Assembly: GCA_050287085.1 (NCBI GenBank)
Contig: JBNKBE010000015.1
Location: 96,001-160,000, forward strand
From: Polyangiaceae bacterium
GTDB lineage: Bacteria > Myxococcota_A > Polyangia > Polyangiales > Polyangiaceae
Length of the DNA stretch: 64,000 nt
Direction: 5' to 3'
Positions within the stretch are counted from its first letter, which is position 1. Every line of letters begins with the position of its first letter. Positions 30,267 to 39,728 of this stretch are shown piece by piece. The translations under genes were made by a program, and so were the position numbers. The notes below the pieces were generated by a model. That model searched no databases, was not told the origin of the DNA, and saw only the letters and a program-made list of their open reading frames with translations.

Positions 30267-31844
30267 ATGGCCTTGAAGCTCAGCCGGGTGTTTGGTGCGT
30301 GCGCGGCAGGCGATGGGCGGCATGTTTGGTCAGCCACGGCGCTCCTATGCGGCTTCGCTTGGCTTAGCACCGCCTGCTCGAGGGACGCGACGAGCTGCAC
30401 CACCGGCGAAGAGCGGTGCGCCTGCTTTGGGAATCAAACGTGCAACGTCGGGCTCGTATGCCTTTCTAATCGCTGCGTGTCCCGCTCTGACGCATCCGCC
30501 GACGCCAGCGCAGATCAAAGGCCAGACGCCAGGCGTCGTACCCAGCCGACCAAGATGGACGCCTCCGCTCCCACAGCCGACTCCTCCCCCGCGGACGACT
30601 CCGCTCCCACAGCCGACTCCTCCCCCGCGGACGACAACTCGCCACCCGACGACAACTCGCCACCCGACGACAACTCGCCACCCGACGACAACTCGCCGCC
30701 CGACGACGACGGTTGGACACATTTGCCCCCGCGAGCGCCCGACGCGCTCGCCGCGAGCACGGAATCCGTTCCCCCCTCAGAGGTCTGTGACCCCGTGATC
30801 GACACCGGTGCGTTATGCCGCGTTGAAGCATCGTGTGAAGCCCCTCCTTGCCTCGCACGCTTCGAATGGATGTGGGCTGAGGCGGCAGCCGACGGCGCAA
30901 CCAATACCCTCGTGCCCAACGATCTGAGCGGCGATGGGAGCACCCTGCTCGGCAATTTTCGCTCCGAAGGCAACACCACGGCTCGGCGCGGATTCGTCTG
31001 GCGCTGGGGCACCCAAGCGCTGACGGAACTGCCAGGGGTTACGGACAGCGCCGCCAACGCCATCAACCGCGACGGAACGGTCGCCGTCGGATATTCACTC
31101 GACTGTAGCGCGGCTGGCTGCGATAGCTCCCCGGTGCGCTGGAGCGGAGAGAGCGGAACCACCGTTGAGAACGCACCCAGCGACGCCTCTCCTTACGACA
31201 TCAGCGACGAACGAGCGGTCATTGGCTACCTGCGCTCTGGCGGGACCTTGCAGAGCGCGTTGTGGGGGATCGGAGCCGGCCTCCGCTTGATACCTGGCGT
31301 CGCCTGCAACGCACTCAGCGGTGATGGAACAGCGGCTGGATGCGGCGCAGATGACGGAGTCATGAAACACTGGAGCATGGCATCCGGCGTGCGTTCAATG
31401 CCAGCGCAAGGCGGATTTACCTCGAGCAATGCCAGCGCTATCAGCCACAACGGGCAGCTGGTTGGCGGCTGGGGCTGGAACGCACAGCAGCTCCAAGAAC
31501 AAGGCCTACTGTGGAACGCAAGCGGCAGTCAGGTGCGGGTGCTAGTAGGCGAGCCTGGCTATGGCTTTGCTCCGACTTGCGCGGGGGATGCTGGGGATGT
31601 CGTGCTAGGAGTCTCACGACCCCAGTCGGCATCTCCGGGACCCGATGAAAAAGCCCACGCCGTGTATTGGGATGTCGCCTTTGGCCGTCGAACTCTAGTC
31701 GAAGAACTCTTGGCTCGCGGGATCCGAGTCCCCGCGGACATCACCCTCGAAATCCCCCGATGTTCAGCAGACCTCCATACGCTGGTCGGCTCTGGGACAA
31801 AAGGTACTACGCCTATTATCTGGCGAGCGCAACTGAAGCCATAG
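30267..31844 (+). CDS. Lipoprotein with Cys-rich module, Asp/Pro linker and HAF-like beta-propeller repeats
   Basis: Lipobox STAC; 'CTTGEERCACFGNQTCNVGLVCLSNRCV'; SGDGSTLLG, NRDGTVAVG, SHNGQLVGG repeats. Confidence 0.75.
   Translation: MALKLSRVFGACAAGDGRHVWSATALLCGFAWLSTACSRDATSCTTGEERCACFGNQTCNVGLVCLSNRCVSRSDASADASADQRPDARRRTQPTKMDASAPTADSSPADDSAPTADSSPADDNSPPDDNSPPDDNSPPDDNSPPDDDGWTHLPPRAPDALAASTESVPPSEVCDPVIDTGALCRVEASCEAPPCLARFEWMWAEAAADGATNTLVPNDLSGDGSTLLGNFRSEGNTTARRGFVWRWGTQALTELPGVTDSAANAINRDGTVAVGYSLDCSAAGCDSSPVRWSGESGTTVENAPSDASPYDISDERAVIGYLRSGGTLQSALWGIGAGLRLIPGVACNALSGDGTAAGCGADDGVMKHWSMASGVRSMPAQGGFTSSNASAISHNGQLVGGWGWNAQQLQEQGLLWNASGSQVRVLVGEPGYGFAPTCAGDAGDVVLGVSRPQSASPGPDEKAHAVYWDVAFGRRTLVEELLARGIRVPADITLEIPRCSADLHTLVGSGTKGTTPIIWRAQLKP
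30564..30707 (+). repeat. In-frame repeats: 36 bp x2 (SAPTADSSPADD) then 18 bp x4 (NSPPDD)
   Basis: Directly visible near-perfect tandem copies. Confidence 0.9.
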
Positions 31845-31913
31845 CCAGCGCCAGGCGAGGCTCGCATCTGAGGATCGCCCAACCCCAATGGGAGCGGTGA
31901 CCGTACGCCCCAT

Positions 31914-33020
31914 TCATTCATGCCGATGTTCCAGTAGCCAGGCGAATACGTCGTTTCCGGCGCTGAGGTCATAGGTCTTAGTCCACGCGTCGTGCTCGGT
32001 AGCCCCCGGATAGATCGTCAATTTCACGTCGGCCGCGGGTTCACATTGCATCAGAGCCTCAATGGGGGCGATCGTCCCCTGGGACGAAACGCTGCGATCG
32101 TTCTCATTGTGGAGTCCCCAAATCGGGACGCGACCGAGCTCACAGCCCGCTTGTTCAAACGCATCTCGCCCGTCCCCCGAAATCAACACGGCGGCGGCTA
32201 CGAATTCGTCCCCGTGGGCCGCTAGATAGTTCCACGCGCCGATGGCGCCACAGCTCTGCCCGGTGTGGTAGATCCGCGACGGATCAACCTCGTAGCGCTC
32301 AAGGGCGTAGCGGTAGAACGCGTCGATGTCTCCAGGGTCGAAGCACCCGGCCCTCGGATTCTGGGGAGACAAGACGATGAAGGGACGTTCATTCGGCCAG
32401 GCATCAGCCGCAATGAGCGCCGGGGGACCCACTTCAAGCAGTCGTGGCAGCGTCACGTCGCTCCCTTCGCCCTGCCACGAGGCGCCATGGGTGAACACCA
32501 GCAAGGGCTTCGGCTCGGCGTCGTAGTCCGACGGCAGATACTCCCAGTAGCCGAGACCGGCCTCGGTTGTTCCGACGGGCCTCATCGTCATGCGCGCCGA
32601 AGAGGGTTCGTCGCCTTCGGTCACGGCCGTCGTATTGCCCCCGGCATCTGCGCCGCCAGCATCTGCGCCGCCAGCATCTGCGCCCCCAGCACCTGCGCCC
32701 CCAGCATCTGCGCCCCCAGCATCTGTCCCCGCGCCCGAGGGGCCCCCTGTGGCGCCGTCACCCAGAGCCCCACCGGTCCCAGCCGTGTCATTGGCCGTGG
32801 TCATGCCCGCAGCTCCGAAGCTCCCCGCCTGGCCATCGTCGTGGGGGTTCGACGTAGTCCCCGCCACATAGGCGGGCCCATCAGCCCCCGAACCTCCGCT
32901 GGTCTCTGCCCCGGACGCGGCACACTCGCCATCGCAAGGGTCCTCGAGCTGACTCGGTGAACACGCTGACAGAAGAAGTACGCTCGCAATCACTCCCCGT
33001 GCGCTTTGGCTCTCCATCAT
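31914..33020 (-). CDS. Alpha/beta-hydrolase lipoprotein (predicted peptidase/esterase)
   Basis: Lipobox LSAC; 'YWEYLP','PLLVFTHG','VLSPQ','TGQSCG','HNEND','HDAW'. Confidence 0.8.
   Translation of the reverse strand: MMESQSARGVIASVLLLSACSPSQLEDPCDGECAASGAETSGGSGADGPAYVAGTTSNPHDDGQAGSFGAAGMTTANDTAGTGGALGDGATGGPSGAGTDAGGADAGGAGAGGADAGGADAGGADAGGNTTAVTEGDEPSSARMTMRPVGTTEAGLGYWEYLPSDYDAEPKPLLVFTHGASWQGEGSDVTLPRLLEVGPPALIAADAWPNERPFIVLSPQNPRAGCFDPGDIDAFYRYALERYEVDPSRIYHTGQSCGAIGAWNYLAAHGDEFVAAAVLISGDGRDAFEQAGCELGRVPIWGLHNENDRSVSSQGTIAPIEALMQCEPAADVKLTIYPGATEHDAWTKTYDLSAGNDVFAWLLEHRHE
32641..32730 (-). repeat. In-frame 15-bp tandem repeat ~x6 (GGADA)
   Basis: Unit ccagcatctgcgccc on the + strand. 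Confidence 0.85.
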
Positions 33021-33274
33021 AGGCACCATTGTATGCATCGAGACACAGTTGGGGGCCGCCGCTGCGCCCCGCGCGCAAAACGCCAAGCCCCGTGCACAAT
33101 TCGACTGAGGCAAGAGCCGTAGCGGGAGGGAAATCAGTGTCGGCACAAACGTCACTCACCGATCGTCTCGCTGAATGCTCTCAGATGACCCGATTTCAGG
33201 GCCGGTGGCTGACACTGAGCCGCAAGCTCGCTCCCCAAGCTCTGCTCAGAATTGTTGCTGCCGCGGCTTTCTGC

Positions 33275-33301
33275 TCAAGCCTAGTGCGTTGCGGTCGTTC
33301 A
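33275..33301 (+). promoter_or_regulatory. Possible sigma-28 (FliA)-type promoter
   Basis: TCAA-N15-GTCGTTCA versus consensus TAAA-N15-GCCGATAA, immediately upstream of the YjfB-like gene. Confidence 0.3.
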
Positions 33302-33311
33302 AGGGTGTACC

Positions 33312-33494
33312 ATGAATGTATCCTCGGCAGGCCTTCCCGTCGGTGTCCAGCTCGAAGCAGCGATGGCACAAAAGCAACTCCAATCCACCCAAGTAGAAGG
33401 GCAACAGAAGCTGCAGCTCATCCAAGCAAGCGAAGAGCCAGCGGCCCGCGCTCCCGAGGGTGCACCTGGCCACCACCTTGATGTCCGAGCTTGA
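33312..33494 (+). CDS. YjfB-like (putative motility) small protein
   Basis: 60 aa: MNVSS..., 'MAQKQL...EGQQKLQLIQ', C-terminal 'GHHLDVRA'. Confidence 0.65.
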   Translation: MNVSSAGLPVGVQLEAAMAQKQLQSTQVEGQQKLQLIQASEEPAARAPEGAPGHHLDVRA

Positions 33495-33549
33495 AAGTCC
33501 TGCGGGCAGCCCCCGTCGATAGGAGCAAAAGGGATTGTGCGTCCCCACT

Positions 33550-36159
33550 TCAGGCCGAGTCCGCTAGGGGCTCTGGCTCGACAAGTTCTTTCAAGCGGTT
33601 GAGGTTGGCGCCCGACTGAACCGATCTGAGAACAAGCGCCAAGAAGGGCGCCATGTTCAGCAGCAACAGTAAGCCAGAGTCCGCATCTCCGAGGGGCGGA
33701 CGGATGACGCCTCGGACGCACTCAACGTTGTCGTTGACCGCCACCCGAGCCTCGAGCTCTATGCTACTGAGAGGAACGTCGGCTACGTCGCCGAGTTCGT
33801 CCACGACCAGGCCTACGTATCCAGCGCCGTGCTTGACAACGACAACTTGAGAAGGAGTGGCGGTTGAAGTGCGGTCAAAGCCTAGCTCCAGAGCGGCGTC
33901 GAGAACAACCGCCGTGGTATTGCGATAACGCATCACGCCTCGCACCGTCTTGGGACAAGTAGGAAGCAGCGTGATATGCGGGGTGGCTATCGCCTCCACC
34001 ACGTCCTCCGCCGGCAAGCTAAGCCAAAGATGTCCGATGGCAAATGAGGCGACCGCGAGGGTCGGCTCCCCGTCAACGGGTAGCCTCAGCCGCCCTTTGC
34101 TGCGTCGCTCAGCGACCGAAACACTCGTGACGTCCTCGGCGAGATCAAAAAACGTGATCGCAATGATGTCGTTCTTGTAGCTGTCGCTGCTCGACTTGTA
34201 CTCCCGATAGCCTGCAGAGCACGTTGCAGCGACCGAATACAATCTGCCCTGGAAAGGGATAATGTCATCGCAAGTGGCTCCTGGCGCCACTCCGAAGAAT
34301 GACCGATCCAGCTCCAGCTCGCTCCCCACCGCAATACGTTCATTCGAACAGGCTAAGACTCTTCGGTCACGCCCAACAAACACCGCAAAGTTCCGGCTTG
34401 CCCCGCGCGCTGCCTTCGGCAGGGCATCCCGGAGCATCTGCTTGAACTGGGGACCGCTGTCGAAAACCAGCCCGATTCCGCCCACGACCTGGCCCGATTG
34501 CGACAGAACTGCAGCTCCGTAGACGTAGGTGGACTCCCCGCCGTAGAGAGGCGTCGGCTGAAACGCCGAGACCGCGTAGCACTGCGGATCTCGAAGCCGC
34601 AGCACCTGCGCGACGTCGCGCCCCTCTAGTACCGTACCGACGAACGCCTGGAGCTCGGGCGTGGACACAGAAACCACCGTGCCGTGGGCGTCGTAGAGCA
34701 CAAGCGCCGTGTAGACGGTGTACAAGCCGTTTATGTAGGCCAACGTCTTGTCGAGAAGCGCCACGTCGGCGCGACTCAGCGAGCCTGCCGCCAGAAGCTC
34801 TCGAAACGACGTCGTTAAGGCCCACCAACGGCAGTCGTTGGCTCGCTCGTAGAGGTTGCGATCCATGATGTCGATCGCGAGGGCAGAAGTCGCCCTGGCG
34901 TCCTCGATGACGCCGCCAAGCACGGTCTGATAGAGGTCCCCTATCGCGTTTTCGAATACACCCTTGGTTCGACCGCCCGTCGCCGAGATCTCCCGAAGCA
35001 ATACCCTCGTCGCGGTATCGGTGCTCGTCCCCACGGCGGCCCCAGGCCTCACGAGATGCCCGTTCCACACGGTGCGATCGAGCTCCTTCTGAACCCCTTC
35101 GGCCTTGCCGGCAATCTCGCGCAAAGTCACCGAGAAAAGCTCGTCACTATGAGAGATGAGCTCCATGGTTCGCTCGTCCACAGAGCGGGCGCCCCGCGCA
35201 TGCTCGAGGAAAGCGTGCTCGATGGGAACCAGTGCGCACCCCATCCATCCGGGACCCTCGTATCCCTGGTAGCCCGTCGTCCGGCGCGCCCCGACCAGGT
35301 ACAGGCGCCCGCCGAGTCGGACGGTATGGTCAGCGCCATCGACGTCCAGACGAGTCCCAGTCGGGAGCTGCAGCGGATCACTGGTAGCCACCACATGTCC
35401 CTCTCGCGAAACCAAACACAAGAGCGTCCAGTCTCGGGGCGCTCTTAGATTTCTGAAAACGCCTGCCAGCTCGTCTTGAAATCGAAATACCAAGCACAAT
35501 ACCCCAACGCGCCCCTCCGGACCGACCACTCGATAGGCGTAGATGAGCGACTCGATTTCGTCGGGGGCAAGCACGCTCGGGCCAAAGTACTCCACATAAG
35601 GCTCGCTCGTGCATCGTGCCTCGTGCACGTAGGGATCCTGGCACGTGTCCAAGGGTCGGTCGCTACGTGATCTGCAAAGCACCTCCCCCTCCGTGCCCAG
35701 CAATACCACATCGCTATAGACCGAATACTTGGCTCGATAGGCGCGAAATCGCTCGGCCAACGCTTCCCGTTCCGGTGCTGCCTGCTGGACATCTCGATGC
35801 CGCAGGAAGGAGCATGTCTCCACGTCTGTCGCCAAGAACCCGATGTCTGCCGTGCGTTCGAAGAGATTCCGAATGACGATATCGATCGCCACCTGGGCCT
35901 TGAATTGGAGCAGCCGCTCGTACTTGCGGAGGCTTTCGAGTGCCAGGTTGGAAATCAGCTGATGCGAGAGCGTCGCAAACTCCTCCCGCGTCGCGGTCAT
36001 GTCAGCGCCACTTCCGCAAACCTGGCCCAGAATGGTGAGCAAGTCCCACTGCTGACCAAGAACGGCGAGGCGCTCTCGCACCAGTTCAACGTCCAGCATG
36101 TAGGGAATGACCGCCCGCAGTTGCTCGGGGATCTGGATACCTTTGTAGTCGACGTTCAT
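33550..36159 (-). CDS. Soluble double-Cache-like plus C-terminal CheW domain protein
   Basis: Two repeats (AIDIVIRNLFERTAD / AIDIMDRNLYERAND); CheW signature 'VVEA...LP...VRGVMRYR...VLD...GLVVDELGDV'; no TM seen. Confidence 0.8.
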   Translation of the reverse strand: MNVDYKGIQIPEQLRAVIPYMLDVELVRERLAVLGQQWDLLTILGQVCGSGADMTATREEFATLSHQLISNLALESLRKYERLLQFKAQVAIDIVIRNLFERTADIGFLATDVETCSFLRHRDVQQAAPEREALAERFRAYRAKYSVYSDVVLLGTEGEVLCRSRSDRPLDTCQDPYVHEARCTSEPYVEYFGPSVLAPDEIESLIYAYRVVGPEGRVGVLCLVFRFQDELAGVFRNLRAPRDWTLLCLVSREGHVVATSDPLQLPTGTRLDVDGADHTVRLGGRLYLVGARRTTGYQGYEGPGWMGCALVPIEHAFLEHARGARSVDERTMELISHSDELFSVTLREIAGKAEGVQKELDRTVWNGHLVRPGAAVGTSTDTATRVLLREISATGGRTKGVFENAIGDLYQTVLGGVIEDARATSALAIDIMDRNLYERANDCRWWALTTSFRELLAAGSLSRADVALLDKTLAYINGLYTVYTALVLYDAHGTVVSVSTPELQAFVGTVLEGRDVAQVLRLRDPQCYAVSAFQPTPLYGGESTYVYGAAVLSQSGQVVGGIGLVFDSGPQFKQMLRDALPKAARGASRNFAVFVGRDRRVLACSNERIAVGSELELDRSFFGVAPGATCDDIIPFQGRLYSVAATCSAGYREYKSSSDSYKNDIIAITFFDLAEDVTSVSVAERRSKGRLRLPVDGEPTLAVASFAIGHLWLSLPAEDVVEAIATPHITLLPTCPKTVRGVMRYRNTTAVVLDAALELGFDRTSTATPSQVVVVKHGAGYVGLVVDELGDVADVPLSSIELEARVAVNDNVECVRGVIRPPLGDADSGLLLLLNMAPFLALVLRSVQSGANLNRLKELVEPEPLADSA

Positions 36160-36350
36160 GTCCAGCCTGCCGCGGTTCATCCCTGACGCGTGAACACGAT
36201 AACGGTCGCTTGCGGAGGCAAGATTAGATGGCTAGAAGCGACATCACCCCGGCTCGCCAACAGCCAGCGCCCAGCGGAGCCCGCCCTTGGGCCGCCGATC
36301 TGGCGGCCCCGACTTACCTTGCCCGACAGGTCCCCTCCTGAATAGGCTCG

Positions 36351-37877
36351 TTAATACATATAGCCGAAACCCGCATTCAGCTGGAGTTCGTCAAGTCCAC
36401 GCTTGCGATCGCGCAACTGGATATCCGTCTTGAATGCAACCTGTCGCGCGGGGCGATAGGTGAGCCCGGTCGTCAATTCATTGACGCGCAGCGCCAGATT
36501 GCGGCGATAGCCCCGCGGAACCGCCGCCTGATTGTCAACGCGCTCAAGCCGGGCAAAAGGCACCAGTTGGTGCTGCGTCTTGAGCGGGTGCAGGACGTCG
36601 TAGCCCAGCTCTAGGTAGCCACCTTGCATCCGCATAGGCACCGCCCCGGTCCGCCCAACGTTGGGAAAGAGCGCTATGCCATCCGCCCGCCGGGCGTTGA
36701 GCAGCGCGCCGGCTTCGGGCATCCAGAACGCTACCGCCAGCGCCTTTGCCTCCCATCCTCGCCGGAGCACGCGCGCATGGAACGACGCCCCGTAGATGGG
36801 AAAGAATAGGTCGACGGGCTTTCCCCGACTCGTGAAGAAGTCACCGTTGCCCCCCGCATCTCCGGCATAACCCGAGGCCCCCACAATGACCCCAAGAGTC
36901 GGTTCGTAGTCCAAGCGCCCTGTCAGGGCTCCCGCATTGGCCGGGGCGAAGGAACCCATGCTCCTCCCGCCGACAAAGCCGTCCGGTCCGAGTGCCTGAG
37001 GTGAGACCGTCGTGACCCAATAAGCCGTGTACTCCAACTGATCGCCGATGTGCCCGGTGAACCCGACTCCGAGCTCGCGCCACGTGGTCGGAATCAGATT
37101 CCGATCCAGATTGGGTCGCTCAACACCGTGAAATACCGGCGGCTCGTGCCACTGATTGATGAGCCCAATCGGCATCAGCACCAACCCAGCGCGCAGCGTA
37201 AGATACTGCTCCACAAGCGACCAGTCCAGATAGGCCTGCTCCACCTCAACCGAGCCTCGACAGGAAGCGCACGCGATTGCATTTTCCCATTCCAGCTCAG
37301 CGGAAGTCAGAATGTCCTTGGTTAGCTGGTGGGTGACCAGCAAGACCAATCTCCGAACGGTAGCGGTCGTATCAAAGTCCCCGTCAGCCCCCCGCCGCAA
37401 AGAGGTGAGGTTCAGCTGCGCGTAGCCGCCCAAGACGGTGTTCTCACCTTCCACCCGCCGCGTCATGCGCAAGATGCGAGCGCGTTCCTGCTCCCGCGTC
37501 TCGACAGCTGCAACTTCGTCGGGTAGCTCGATGCTCGGCCCCGCTCCGCCCGATTCGGCGACTTCAACCGACAGCCCGTCGCCCTCGGACTCAGCCAACT
37601 CGATGATCGGACCGTCTGCAGGTGGCTCGTCCGCAACAGCCGCCTCGGCGGAGACGGCCTCGGCGGAGGTGGCATCCGCAGAGGCGGCATCGACAGCGTT
37701 GTCGTCCGCACCGGATGATCCATCGCTAGCGGCGTTGATGGCCGCTGCATCCCCAGTGTTCTCCTCGGAAGGGGCGGGTTGCTGCTCGTTGGACCCAAGG
37801 GTCTCCGCCATCAGAGCCGCCGGCGCTACCAGCTCCCAAACGAACGCAACCAGGATAACGCGAATCAATGACAACAT
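36351..37877 (-). CDS. Outer-membrane porin (OprO/OprP-like)
   Basis: Signal peptide, acidic linker, 'LGGYAQL','ELEWE','VEQAYLD','HEPPVFHGVERP','IPTTWRELG', C-terminal GFGYMY. Confidence 0.8.
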   Translation of the reverse strand: MLSLIRVILVAFVWELVAPAALMAETLGSNEQQPAPSEENTGDAAAINAASDGSSGADDNAVDAASADATSAEAVSAEAAVADEPPADGPIIELAESEGDGLSVEVAESGGAGPSIELPDEVAAVETREQERARILRMTRRVEGENTVLGGYAQLNLTSLRRGADGDFDTTATVRRLVLLVTHQLTKDILTSAELEWENAIACASCRGSVEVEQAYLDWSLVEQYLTLRAGLVLMPIGLINQWHEPPVFHGVERPNLDRNLIPTTWRELGVGFTGHIGDQLEYTAYWVTTVSPQALGPDGFVGGRSMGSFAPANAGALTGRLDYEPTLGVIVGASGYAGDAGGNGDFFTSRGKPVDLFFPIYGASFHARVLRRGWEAKALAVAFWMPEAGALLNARRADGIALFPNVGRTGAVPMRMQGGYLELGYDVLHPLKTQHQLVPFARLERVDNQAAVPRGYRRNLALRVNELTTGLTYRPARQVAFKTDIQLRDRKRGLDELQLNAGFGYMY

Positions 37878-38554
37878 CAGAATGAATCCAAATTCAGCAC
37901 CTTAGACAAGACCGCGTCGTTGGCGGCGCTGCGGTGGCAATCGTTGCAATCCTGTTCCAGGATTTCCTCGCTACCATCGGCGGCAACAATAGCTGTGCGA
38001 TAGCTTTCGCCGTCGGGCGCGTGTTCGCCCCCCCACAGCAGCGTCACATCCCCGCTCTTATCCAGCGCCAATTCGAAAAACTGCCATTCGAAAGCGCCAC
38101 TTGCATTGAACCCCGCACCGCGCTTGGCCATCGCGTGCACCTGCCACGAGGTCATATTTGTATTTGGCGCAACGGTCTTTACGATGATGGTTCCTACTGG
38201 GAACGTATCCTGCCCCGGCTTTGGCAGAGCATTGATGTAGATGCGCTTCTCGCCGGCACTCTCAGGATGAAGATGATCCCCCTTGCCCAGGGACGCGCTC
38301 GGCCAGGAGCGAAAGTCGAGAAAGTTGCTCTGCAAGGCGATGAAGGCCGAGAGCTCCCCGAGCTCCACGCTCTCGCCCTTGCTAAACGCCGCCCGACCTG
38401 TTTTGCCGACTCCCGCATCGGAGGACGAGGAATCCGGCCTCGCGGTGACTTGCTCTGAGAGGACGAAGCTTCCTTCAGTATCGAGCTGATCGTCCAAACA
38501 CCCGCTAGCAAGGCCCATTATTAGGAGCGACGAAACAAGTCGTGAATGGGTCAT
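37877..38554 (-). CDS. Monoheme c-type cytochrome lipoprotein, P460/c'-beta-like
   Basis: Lipobox ASGC; 'FPVGTIIVK','MAKR','WQF'; C-terminal CNDCH. Confidence 0.65.
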   Translation of the reverse strand: MTHSRLVSSLLIMGLASGCLDDQLDTEGSFVLSEQVTARPDSSSSDAGVGKTGRAAFSKGESVELGELSAFIALQSNFLDFRSWPSASLGKGDHLHPESAGEKRIYINALPKPGQDTFPVGTIIVKTVAPNTNMTSWQVHAMAKRGAGFNASGAFEWQFFELALDKSGDVTLLWGGEHAPDGESYRTAIVAADGSEEILEQDCNDCHRSAANDAVLSKVLNLDSF

Positions 38555-38566
38555 AATCGAGCGTCC

Positions 38567-39679
38567 TTACTCCGGCAGACTCGCAATACCGAGTAGTTCT
38601 GCCGCGGCCAACATACTGGCCGCCAGCGAGCCCTTGCTCGCGCCGTCCGCCTCGTACGACAGTCGTGAAAACAACTTTCCATACGGAGTGTCGAGATCGT
38701 CGGGGCTGGGGTCTTCCGGGTCCCAGCCTTCGGGCACGGAAGGGATCGCATCGCCTTCAAATCCGTCATAGAAAGCGCTCACGCTATCAAAGCCGTCCAA
38801 TATGTCCTCCGCCAACGATTTGCCAGCTTTCTTCGCCTCCAGCCACGGGACGAATGCCTCGAAGACCTGGCGCCCCCCCACCAGATTCGATCGCATGTCG
38901 CCGAGCGTATGCCCCGCGTAGCGGGATTCATCTTCCCCTGTCGCGGCCAACGCAACCTTCTCCACTTGCTCTTCGACCGAACCGATCACGCCACGAAATG
39001 CCGCCGGAGCATCCAACGCCAGTGGCTCGAATTGGTCCACCATCGCAGCTGCATCGTCGACCAGGCGTTGGACGAGCTCGTCGCGAAAGCGCTGGGCCTC
39101 TTCCTTGTCCTGAGGAAATGCCGCCGCCACGTAGTTCGGTAGCACACTCTCAAACGCGACCACCTGCTCCGGGTGAGCATCCGCCCACAGAATTCGCTCG
39201 ATCGCGTGTATTCCGATCACGCCCTTGCCGTCGAAGAGATCATCATCCGCCTTCTCTTCGATGAAGCCATCGTAGCGTTCGTCGGTCGAGGCGTCGTAGT
39301 TGGGAAAGAGCACGGCGATCGCCCCCTCCGACTTTTCGTACGCCGCACGCGCGTCCCGCCACGCGTCCCGCATAGCCGCGACAGCTTTCTTATCGTCGCT
39401 GGCGTTCCAACCATCATCGTCGGGCTCCGGAGCTGCGTCCTGCAGCGCCACTGCGGCGGCGTGCAGGGCTGCAAGCTGGTCTGCGATGTAAGTCTTGACG
39501 TCAACGATGGCCGCCTCTTTGAGCTCGCTCTCGCCCCCCGTCGGGCCAGCTTTCGGCTCGTCCTGGCTCCCACCGGCGTCTGCGGTATCGATACCCAAAT
39601 CCTCGTTAGAATTGCCGCAGCCCGTCAGCAGCAGGCCTAAGGCAAACGTGGGAACCGTGAACTTGATTATTACTTTCAT
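38567..39679 (-). CDS. Imelysin/EfeO-EfeM (peptidase M75 family) iron-binding lipoprotein
   Basis: Lipobox LTGC; 'ARAAYEKSE','GIHAIERILW' (GxHxxE), 'TGEDESRYA'; ATG at 39679 with AGGA RBS. Confidence 0.88.
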   Translation of the reverse strand: MKVIIKFTVPTFALGLLLTGCGNSNEDLGIDTADAGGSQDEPKAGPTGGESELKEAAIVDVKTYIADQLAALHAAAVALQDAAPEPDDDGWNASDDKKAVAAMRDAWRDARAAYEKSEGAIAVLFPNYDASTDERYDGFIEEKADDDLFDGKGVIGIHAIERILWADAHPEQVVAFESVLPNYVAAAFPQDKEEAQRFRDELVQRLVDDAAAMVDQFEPLALDAPAAFRGVIGSVEEQVEKVALAATGEDESRYAGHTLGDMRSNLVGGRQVFEAFVPWLEAKKAGKSLAEDILDGFDSVSAFYDGFEGDAIPSVPEGWDPEDPSPDDLDTPYGKLFSRLSYEADGASKGSLAASMLAAAELLGIASLPE

Positions 39680-39683
39680 TTTC
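39665..39683 (-). promoter_or_regulatory. Fur-box-like site overlapping the imelysin start codon
   Basis: GAAAATGAAAGTAATAATC, 14/19 to GATAATGATAATCATTATC by manual count. Confidence 0.55.
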
Positions 39684-39728
39684 AATTCCTAGCTGGATAG
39701 TGCGTCTTGTCTTGAACGAAAGCCCTGC

